Of a stretch of DNA of 64,000 nt, positions 31,396 through 38,656 are shown piece after piece; position 1 is the stretch's first letter; every line of letters starts with the position of its first letter. The DNA comes from Clostridia bacterium (lineage in GTDB: Bacteria; Bacillota; Clostridia; Oscillospirales; CAG-272). The translations under genes were made by a program, and so were the position numbers. The DNA is taken from contig JAFTOG010000003.1 in assembly GCA_017451485.1 (NCBI GenBank), positions 3,959-67,958 on the forward strand. Direction: 5' to 3'. The notes below the pieces were generated by a model, which ran no database searches, was not told the origin of the DNA, and worked only from the letters and a program-made list of their open reading frames with translations.

Positions 31396-32717
31396 TTAAT
31401 TTTGATCTGGTCATAGAAATCGGTATTTCTCTCTTTGATGCAGTATTGCTTGTTTATTTCATTTCAAGATTTAACAACGCCCCCCTTTCTCCGAGGCAAA
31501 ACAAATTTATAATCCCCACAGTACTGATTATCTTAGGTTTTTCTGTAATAAACGATTTATTTCTTGCCGGGTTTAATCTGCTCGGAACATTTATATTCCT
31601 GTTCCTTTACATACTTTATGCTCTGTTTGTTGCCAACGGAAGGTATGTAAGGGCTTTGTTCTCTGCCTGTATATTCGAGGTGGTTTTTGTCCTTTTGAGC
31701 AGTCTGCTCTATTTGGTAATAACGTTTATAATAAAGGACTATGAGCAAATTTCTCAGGGGTCAAACGGTATATTCCGTTATACATATCTTGTAATTCATA
31801 AAATTGCATTTTTTGTTGCTTTGAAAATAATACTTATGGTTTTCAACCAGGAAAGATCATTTGAGACTAAGCACGGTATCATAGCATTTCTGTTCTCCTT
31901 TGCGACAGTATTTGGGCTTGGTGCAACTATGTATATTGCATCGGTTTCAGATATGGAAAAAATCCAGCTGCAAACAATTATTCTGACCGTAGTGCTTACA
32001 TTTTCAAATGTAGCCTTGTATATCTTAATATATCAAATGCAAAAATATCAGCAAAACAAATATGAATTACGGCTGCTCCAGGAAAAAATAGCATTTGAGG
32101 AGGCAAGGCATAACGACGCAGCCGCAATATGGTCCAACATCCGAAAGGTACAGCACGATATGAAGCAGCATATCACCGTTATTTCCGGGTACATAGAGGA
32201 AAACAAGATTGAAAGCTGTAAGGAATATCTTAACGAGCTACTGCCAAAGGCGGGAAATATAGGTAACCTTATAGCATCTGATAATAAGGCTCTCGATTAC
32301 TTGATAAATTCTAAGCTGGCACCCTTAAAGGATACAAAAATTGTTATCTCCGGCTCCATCGGAGACCTATCCGACATAAGGGAATTTGACCTTGTGTGCC
32401 TTATCGGAAATATTTTGGATAATGCAATTGAGGCTTTGGAAAAAATAAGTGATCCTAAGGATAAGCGTATTGAGCTGTTATTTGTAAGACAAAATTCAAA
32501 CAGGATAATCATATGCAAAAATTCTGTCAGCTCCTCTGTTCTTACAACCAACAAGGAACTGAAAACCACTAAAAAATCTAAGGATGCACATGGCTACGGT
32601 ACAAAAATAGTAGCAAAAATCGTATCTGACTATCACGGTATTGTGGATTATTTTGAGGACTTTAATATGTTCGGAGTCCAAATTATATTGCCTGATGCAT
32701 CGAATCATATCGAATAA
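31392..32717 (+). CDS. Sensor histidine kinase, AgrC-like: polytopic sensor plus GHKL ATPase
   Basis: There are six to seven N-terminal TM helices. The H-box region is VQHDMKQH, the N-box is LIGNILDNAIEA and the G-box is GYGTKIV. The gene overlaps the regulator gene by 4 nt. Confidence 0.85.
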   Translation: MINFDLVIEIGISLFDAVLLVYFISRFNNAPLSPRQNKFIIPTVLIILGFSVINDLFLAGFNLLGTFIFLFLYILYALFVANGRYVRALFSACIFEVVFVLLSSLLYLVITFIIKDYEQISQGSNGIFRYTYLVIHKIAFFVALKIILMVFNQERSFETKHGIIAFLFSFATVFGLGATMYIASVSDMEKIQLQTIILTVVLTFSNVALYILIYQMQKYQQNKYELRLLQEKIAFEEARHNDAAAIWSNIRKVQHDMKQHITVISGYIEENKIESCKEYLNELLPKAGNIGNLIASDNKALDYLINSKLAPLKDTKIVISGSIGDLSDIREFDLVCLIGNILDNAIEALEKISDPKDKRIELLFVRQNSNRIIICKNSVSSSVLTTNKELKTTKKSKDAHGYGTKIVAKIVSDYHGIVDYFEDFNMFGVQIILPDASNHIE

Positions 32718-32721
32718 ATGT

Positions 32722-32755
32722 AAAAAACTCTCTTCATTTTGGAGAGAGTTTTTTA
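32722..32755. terminator. Bidirectional terminator between the kinase gene and paralog B
   Basis: AAAAA-AACTCTC-loop-GAGAGTT-TTTT. Confidence 0.7.
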
Positions 32756-32767
32756 TGTAATCCTGAT

Positions 32768-33457
32768 TTAATTTTCAGCCTTTGATTTTTTCAGCTGTTC
32801 GTTCATAATTTTAAGAAGTCTGTCAGCAATTTCCTTGGATTTAATATCCACATGGAGAGGGGTGGAAAATTTATATCCGTTACTGTATTTTATTACAAGA
32901 TGGTCGGTTGTAATATTAAATTCCTTTTTATTGAAGGTAAGCTTTTTATCCTCTCTTACAACACGAAGCTCTGTTATGGAATCATAGGGCATCTCTATTC
33001 TTCTGTTTTTAACCTCATCTGAAACAAGGGATACTGTTCTCGTTCTGACAATAAAGGCATCGGTCAAAGGAAAAATTGCAGTCTTTGTATATTTTGAAGA
33101 AAAGATATCGTTTTTTGTCTTGCGAAGCATAGCTGTATCATCATATTCAAAGCTTTCCACAACCTCGGTCTTAGCATCCCTTAAAACTCTTCTCTCATTT
33201 ACAGCAAGAGTATCAAGAGAAAGGTCAAAGCCATCTAATTTTTTAGCAAGCAGTGCACGCATTTCCTTTTCATTAACTCTTACTGTAGTACCGATTATAA
33301 AAATTATAACACCTATTGCCATCAGTATACAGCAGGGGGCTATCCATCTTCTCTTTCCCACAGTTAACAGTATGGCACCTATGACAAGCATTGCCGCACC
33401 TATCAAAAGAATGAGATCATTTTTCTTAAAAAAATTTTCATGCTGTTTTCTATTCAT
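32768..33457 (-). CDS. Hypothetical 2-TM membrane protein, paralog B (229 aa)
   Basis: It is collinear with paralog A. It lies 29 nt downstream of the metH-like gene on the same strand. Confidence 0.6.
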   Translation of the reverse strand: MNRKQHENFFKKNDLILLIGAAMLVIGAILLTVGKRRWIAPCCILMAIGVIIFIIGTTVRVNEKEMRALLAKKLDGFDLSLDTLAVNERRVLRDAKTEVVESFEYDDTAMLRKTKNDIFSSKYTKTAIFPLTDAFIVRTRTVSLVSDEVKNRRIEMPYDSITELRVVREDKKLTFNKKEFNITTDHLVIKYSNGYKFSTPLHVDIKSKEIADRLLKIMNEQLKKSKAEN

Positions 33458-33486
33458 TTTGTATATACCCTTTCATAATAAAACAA

Positions 33487-35838
33487 TCAACTGTTATAAA
33501 AATCATTAGCATAACGCACAGTTTCCATAGCATCCTTTGCATACTTATCTGCATGTATCATTTCTGCGTATTCTGTGGTAAGGACTGCTCCTCCCACCAT
33601 TACCCTTATGTTACTGTCATAATTCTTTAACTGTTTAATTGTCTCTTCCATTGAGGGAACTGTGGTAGTCATAAGAGCCGAAAGTCCTATGAGCTTAATT
33701 CCTGTTTTTTTAGCGTACTCAACAATTGCCTCAGGAGACACATCCTTACCAAGATCGTGTACACTATAACCGTAATTTTGCAGGATCACTTTAACAATAT
33801 TTTTACCGATATCATGTATATCGCCCTTTACAGTAGCGATAATTATATCACCCTTGCTTGCATTTTCATCCTTTGGAATTGCCTCCTTGATTATATCAAA
33901 GGCAATATTTGCAGTCTCGGCACTCATAAGTAGCTGAGGTAGGAAGGATAAGCCCTTTTCATAGCTTTCCCCCACTGTATCAAGTGCCGGAATTATATAA
34001 TTATTCACAATTTCCAAGGGGGGAGTGTCTATAATTAGCTTTTTTGTAATTTCCTTAGCATCCTTTTTCAGTCCCTTTATAATTGCTCTTTCAAGGGTGA
34101 TGTCCGTCTCTGAATCAAGTGTCTCCGACCTTTTATCGGATGCATAAGCTATATACTCTCCACAGCCCTCATCAATTCCCATAAGGGCATTATATGCATA
34201 GTAGATCTTTTGCATTTCCTGTGAATATGGGTTCATAATTACGGCATCGAGTCCCTCCCTTAATGCAAGGGCAAAAAATGTTGATGTTATATAATCCCTG
34301 TTAGGTAAGCCAAAGGAAACATTTGAAATGCCGAGGGAGGCTTTAACTCCAAGGCGTTCCTTTATCAGCCTGATAGCGTCAAGAGTTACTTTGGGGGCAT
34401 TTTTATCAGAGCTTACAGTCAAGCACAGGGGGTCAACTATAATATCCCTTCTGTTTATTCCGTACTCCTCTGCTCTTTCCACTATTCTCTTGGCAATTTG
34501 ATATCTGCCCTCTGCACTGTCGGGAATACCCTTTTCATCAAGAGTCAGGGCAATTACAGCTCCTCCGTATTTTTTCACAAGGGGGAAAACAGAATTAATG
34601 CTCTCCTCTTTACCGTTTACAGAGTTAACAAGAGGCTTACCGTTATAGACTCTCATAGCACTCTCCAGTGCCACAGGATCCGATGTATCTATCTGTAACG
34701 GCAATGTGGATACAGCCTGTATCTCCTTTACGGCACGGGTAAGGAAATCAACCTCATCAATTTCCGGCAGACCCACATTTACATCCAGCATATGTGCACC
34801 GTGCTCCTCCTGACCTATTGCCTCGGAAATAATATAATCCATATTATTTTCACGAAGTGCCGTCTTGAATTTGGATTTACCCGTTGGGTTTATTCTCTCT
34901 CCTATAAGTACACATTTACTATCAAAAATGCAAGCCTTGGAATAGGATGAAGCAACTGTAATATTCTTCTCTACTACCGGCTTGGGCTGTAAATTTCCAA
35001 TACCGTGTACCACTTTTCTTATATGCTCGGGAGTTGTACCACAGCATCCACCAAGTACTCTTGCTCCCATCTCTGCCACATCAAGCATATGACTGCAGAA
35101 GTCGTCGGGAGTTGAGTCAAAGCAGGTTTTTCCGTCATGTATGCAGGGAATACCTGCATTGGGATTAACAATTACGGGAATGGATGCACAGGCTACTATC
35201 TCGGGTACAAAAAGCTTTAGCTTGTCTGCACCGAGAGAGCAGTTTACTCCAAGGGCAGAAACGCCCAGTCCCTCTAACATAGCAACCATAGAGGGTATAT
35301 CACAGCCTGTCATTGTCTTTCCGTTTTCGTCAAGGACAAATGTGGCAAATATTGGCAGGGTTGAATTCTCCTTTGCTGCAACAACAGCAGCCTTAAGCTC
35401 ATAGGGGTCATTCATTGTCTCTATGATTATAAGGTCGCAGCCTGCCCTGTCTCCTGCCTTAACAGTCTCAGAAAAGGCATTTATAGCATCCTCAAAATCC
35501 AGGTCACCAAGGGGCTTTAACAGCTTTCCCGTTGGTCCTATATCAAGAGCAACATACTGTTCTTCCTTAAATATAGCCCTCCTGGCATTTTCAACAGCCT
35601 TGAACACAGCCTCCTCCGTGTTGCTTATCTTCAAGGGGTTAGCACCGAAGGTGTTGGTGGTAACCACATTTGCACCTGCTTCAAAATATGCCCTGTGTAT
35701 TGATGTTATCACATCGGGGTGGGTAATATTCCACTCTTCCGGGCTCTGTCCGGGGAGCAAGCCCTTTTCCTGAAGAAGAGTTCCCATTCCTCCGTCGAAG
35801 AAAAGGAAGCCCGATTTCAGCTTTTCTATAATATTCAT
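33487..35838 (-). CDS. metH: Cobalamin-dependent methionine synthase core (Hcy-binding, pterin-binding and B12-binding modules) lacking the activation domain
   Basis: The motif GGCCGTTPEHI marks the S-methyltransferase module, a pterin-binding barrel is present, and the B12 motif is DIHDIGKN. The protein is 783 aa. Confidence 0.9.
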   Translation of the reverse strand: MNIIEKLKSGFLFFDGGMGTLLQEKGLLPGQSPEEWNITHPDVITSIHRAYFEAGANVVTTNTFGANPLKISNTEEAVFKAVENARRAIFKEEQYVALDIGPTGKLLKPLGDLDFEDAINAFSETVKAGDRAGCDLIIIETMNDPYELKAAVVAAKENSTLPIFATFVLDENGKTMTGCDIPSMVAMLEGLGVSALGVNCSLGADKLKLFVPEIVACASIPVIVNPNAGIPCIHDGKTCFDSTPDDFCSHMLDVAEMGARVLGGCCGTTPEHIRKVVHGIGNLQPKPVVEKNITVASSYSKACIFDSKCVLIGERINPTGKSKFKTALRENNMDYIISEAIGQEEHGAHMLDVNVGLPEIDEVDFLTRAVKEIQAVSTLPLQIDTSDPVALESAMRVYNGKPLVNSVNGKEESINSVFPLVKKYGGAVIALTLDEKGIPDSAEGRYQIAKRIVERAEEYGINRRDIIVDPLCLTVSSDKNAPKVTLDAIRLIKERLGVKASLGISNVSFGLPNRDYITSTFFALALREGLDAVIMNPYSQEMQKIYYAYNALMGIDEGCGEYIAYASDKRSETLDSETDITLERAIIKGLKKDAKEITKKLIIDTPPLEIVNNYIIPALDTVGESYEKGLSFLPQLLMSAETANIAFDIIKEAIPKDENASKGDIIIATVKGDIHDIGKNIVKVILQNYGYSVHDLGKDVSPEAIVEYAKKTGIKLIGLSALMTTTVPSMEETIKQLKNYDSNIRVMVGGAVLTTEYAEMIHADKYAKDAMETVRYANDFYNS

Positions 35839-35857
35839 ACTTTCTCCGTTATTTTAC

Positions 35858-36445
35858 TTACTCAGGTATTCCGATTATGGCACTGACGGTTTTTGTTGGC
35901 ACCATAAGGCTGCCCTCTGTAAGTGTTACGCCGATTTTTCTTTCTGCGTCAAGATATTTTAATAGCTCCTTCTGGTATTCTATGGATAGGTCGCCATAGC
36001 CTGGGGAATAGCGTCTCTCCCTATATCTGCCGTCTGTGAGAAATAAATTGAGCCTGTCACAAAAGCTCTCTATCACAGCAACGCAGGAGGCATTAAACAG
36101 CACTCCCTTGGACGGCTGGGACTTTAAGTATCTGTTTACAAGCATATCTGCCCTTATTCCTATTGTAGCAACAAATATATATGCCTCACTATATCCGTCA
36201 AGAAATTTTACAAGGTTTTCGCTTTCCATCTCCATAAAGTCAAAAATCACACGCCTTCCCTCAATTTTTACTCTGCTTTTTACATATACTGCCTTGGGAA
36301 CGGCTATCTCTTTTGCCTCCTCTATACACTCTATGGCAAGAGCAAGCGTGCCCTCATCGGGGGATTTTATGCTTAAATATCTTAAAGCATCCTTTATCTC
36401 CACCGAAAGAGTCTGTGGACTTACGGTATACATTGTGTGGGTCAT
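35858..36445 (-). CDS. Stand-alone methionine synthase activation (AdoMet-binding) domain protein
   Basis: The motif RYSPGYGD and the overall length fit the MetH reactivation-domain family. An ATGA start/stop overlap joins it to metF. Confidence 0.7.
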   Translation of the reverse strand: MTHTMYTVSPQTLSVEIKDALRYLSIKSPDEGTLALAIECIEEAKEIAVPKAVYVKSRVKIEGRRVIFDFMEMESENLVKFLDGYSEAYIFVATIGIRADMLVNRYLKSQPSKGVLFNASCVAVIESFCDRLNLFLTDGRYRERRYSPGYGDLSIEYQKELLKYLDAERKIGVTLTEGSLMVPTKTVSAIIGIPE

Positions 36446-37308
36446 TTTATAATCTCCGAAATATTTTTTTTAATATTTCCTGCAACATACTCTTTATTCA
36501 TAGAGTACACATGTACTGCATTTATACCGTTGGCATACAAATCGATAATCTGATCTGTAGCATAGGCGATTCCAGCCTGGCTCATTGCCTGTGGGTTAGA
36601 GCCGTAACGGTCAACCAACGCCTTAAAACGCTGAGGTATGTAGGAGCCGGAGAGCTTTATTGCCCTGTCTATCTGATTTGCATTTGTAATAGGCATAATT
36701 CCCGCTATTACGGGAACTGTAATTCCGGCCTCTCGAATTTTGTACATAAAGTTGTAAAAAAGATTATTGTCAAAGAACATCTGTGTTGTAAGGAACTGAC
36801 ATCCTGCCTCCACCTTGAGCTTAAGGTTTAGGATATCCTCCTTTTGATTTGCACTCTCCGGGTGAATCTCGGGATAGCATGCACCACCTATACAGAAGCC
36901 TCCGTAATTACTTATATCCATAGCAAGCTCTGAGGCGTGCTTATAGTCAAATTTTATCTTGTCCCTGTTCTCGAGAGTAATATCTCCTCTTAATGCAAGT
37001 ATATTCTCTATACCGGCATTTTTCAGAGCCTCAAGACGTAGGTGAATATCATCCTTACTTGAATTTATACAGGTAAGATGGGCAATGGTATCAACACCGC
37101 AATTATCCTTTATATTTTTGGCAACGGAAACGGTATATTCGCTTGTTCCACCACCTGCTCCGTATGTTACACTCATAAAAGAGGGTCTTAGCATAGCTAT
37201 CTTCTCTGTTGCTTCCCTGACTGTATCAAAGGCATCACTTGTCTTAGGTGGAAACACCTCAAAGGATAGCGAAGGCTTACTTGATGTAATTATATCAATT
37301 ATTTTCAT
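36442..37308 (-). CDS. metF: Methylenetetrahydrofolate reductase
   Basis: The N-terminus SFEVFPPKT and the motifs VTYGAGG and AHLTC are present. Confidence 0.9.
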   Translation of the reverse strand: MKIIDIITSSKPSLSFEVFPPKTSDAFDTVREATEKIAMLRPSFMSVTYGAGGGTSEYTVSVAKNIKDNCGVDTIAHLTCINSSKDDIHLRLEALKNAGIENILALRGDITLENRDKIKFDYKHASELAMDISNYGGFCIGGACYPEIHPESANQKEDILNLKLKVEAGCQFLTTQMFFDNNLFYNFMYKIREAGITVPVIAGIMPITNANQIDRAIKLSGSYIPQRFKALVDRYGSNPQAMSQAGIAYATDQIIDLYANGINAVHVYSMNKEYVAGNIKKNISEIIK

Positions 37309-37346
37309 TATTGTCCCTCCATTATAATAAACACCTATAATGTATT

Positions 37347-37375
37347 ATTCTATCACTCGAAATAACAAATTTCAA
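37347..37375 (-). promoter_or_regulatory. SigA-type promoter of the metF operon, giving a short leader
   Basis: On the minus strand: TTGAAA, a 17-nt spacer and TAGAAT, about 35 nt before the metF ATG. Confidence 0.5.
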
Positions 37376-37554
37376 TAAAAATATAAAAATAATGTATTAT
37401 AAATTCAAAATGTTGAAAAATAATCTTAGTGAGGTCATAAAACAGGCACACACAATACAAAAAATTCCATAGGTGAAAATCCTGAGCCTCCTGTGTAAAC
37501 CGGCACGGATGTATGTCTAAAACGGCAAAAAACAAAATAGAACGGAGCAAAATT

Positions 37555-37758
37555 ATGAATATTTTCCAGAACAAGAACCAGAATAATAACCAGAACAAGA
37601 ATCAGAACAATAACCAGAATAACAATCAGAACAACAGCCAGAACAAAAATCAGAACAATAACCAGAACAAGAACCAGAATAACAATCAGAATAACAATCA
37701 GAATAACAATCAGAATAACAATCAGAATAACAATCAGAACAAAAATTCATACAGATAA
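37555..37758 (+). CDS. Stand-alone 67-aa Asn/Gln tetrapeptide-repeat protein
   Basis: The ATG is preceded by GGAG at a 7-nt spacing. The product is MNIFQ, then 14 copies of N-[N/K]-[N/S]-Q, then NKNSYR. The stop is followed directly by a strong hairpin. An alternative in-frame ATG at 37513 lacks an RBS. Confidence 0.45.
   Translation: MNIFQNKNQNNNQNKNQNNNQNNNQNNSQNKNQNNNQNKNQNNNQNNNQNNNQNNNQNNNQNKNSYR
37567..37745 (+). repeat. 12-nt tandem repeat array (consensus CAGAAYAAYAAY)
   Basis: There are about 15 units, including 5 perfect copies of cagaataacaat at 37675-37734. Confidence 0.9.
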
Positions 37759-37761
37759 AAA

Positions 37762-37800
37762 ATACGGCGACCTGTTTATGAGCAGGTCGCCGTATTAATT
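37762..37800. terminator. Bidirectional terminator between the NQ-repeat ORF and the kinase-like gene
   Basis: ATACGGCGACCTG-loop-CAGGTCGCCGTAT. The T-run is TTTTTT on the minus strand and TTAATTTT on the plus strand. Confidence 0.8.
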
Positions 37801-37822
37801 TTATTGTTGATGCAGGTGAGAA

Positions 37823-38572
37823 TTATTCAAATTCAACCACATTAGCCCAGGAGAGCAAAAGCTCCTTTTCCTCAGGCTTGCCCTTTACAGACTGGGAGGC
37901 GGCAACAATAGGAAGCCACTTTTGTACATAGGATTTCTTTGTTCCTGTCTTTTCACAGAAAAGATCCATATACTTCTCTGCCATTTCCTTCTCATTTGCA
38001 AGAGTAAAGATAAGATATGTTCTTGCTACATCTGCAGATGCGTTACCCTGTGTAACATGGGACCAGTCGATAATAAACATCTCTCCGTCTTCTCTTACAA
38101 TAACATTAGAGGGGTTGAAGTCTCCGTGACATACCTTATTATGCTTGGGCATACCGGTAAGTCTGGTATGGAGCTCGTACTTTACAGTATCGTCAAGCAC
38201 GGTCTGGTCAATCTTTGCGTGCATCTTATCCTTAAGCTTTATAAGTCCGGGGCATCTCTTCGTGTGAACAAGAATCTGTAGGTCTACAAATTTCTCAAGA
38301 TATTCGTCAATTTTATCGGGATTCTCTCTCATAAGCACATCAAGAGGAGTGCCCTCAACATATTCAGAGACAATCATCCATCTTCCGTCCACATTACCAA
38401 CCTCTAAAAGCTTGGGTATGTTGATATCTGTTTCCTCTACAAGTGCCTGATTCTTAGCCTGAGCCAAAACCTCAGCCTTGGGAAATTCTTTATTAAAAAG
38501 CTTAACCGTAGTATCGCCCTCACGGTAAACCGTTTTGGTGGTTCTCTCTGCTATCACATTTTCAAGTTTCAT
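37823..38572 (-). CDS. Phosphotransferase of the APH/choline-kinase-like fold
   Basis: The catalytic loop HGDFNPSNV and the motif IIDWS are present. Confidence 0.75.
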   Translation of the reverse strand: MKLENVIAERTTKTVYREGDTTVKLFNKEFPKAEVLAQAKNQALVEETDINIPKLLEVGNVDGRWMIVSEYVEGTPLDVLMRENPDKIDEYLEKFVDLQILVHTKRCPGLIKLKDKMHAKIDQTVLDDTVKYELHTRLTGMPKHNKVCHGDFNPSNVIVREDGEMFIIDWSHVTQGNASADVARTYLIFTLANEKEMAEKYMDLFCEKTGTKKSYVQKWLPIVAASQSVKGKPEEKELLLSWANVVEFE

Positions 38573-38656
38573 TATTAGCCTCCTTGCTTTCTCTGTTATT
38601 ATTTTAACATAACAGGAGTGTATTTTACAATAGCTTTTGTATCTAAAAGTCTAACA

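Noticed and set aside
37309-37560. Expected SAM-I riboswitch or T-box upstream of metF
   Set aside because: Reading the minus strand shows only AT-rich promoter DNA and a ~35-nt leader. No SAM-box or T-box consensus is present.
37553-37750. Minus-strand 65-aa Cys/Ser/Tyr-repeat ORF (MNFCSDCYSDCYSDCY...) that looks superficially like a RiPP or metallothionein precursor
   Set aside because: It is the mirror image of the 12-nt repeat. It has no RBS, because its ATG sits directly after the minus-strand terminator T-run. The plus-strand frame, in contrast, has a GGAG RBS at the proper spacing.
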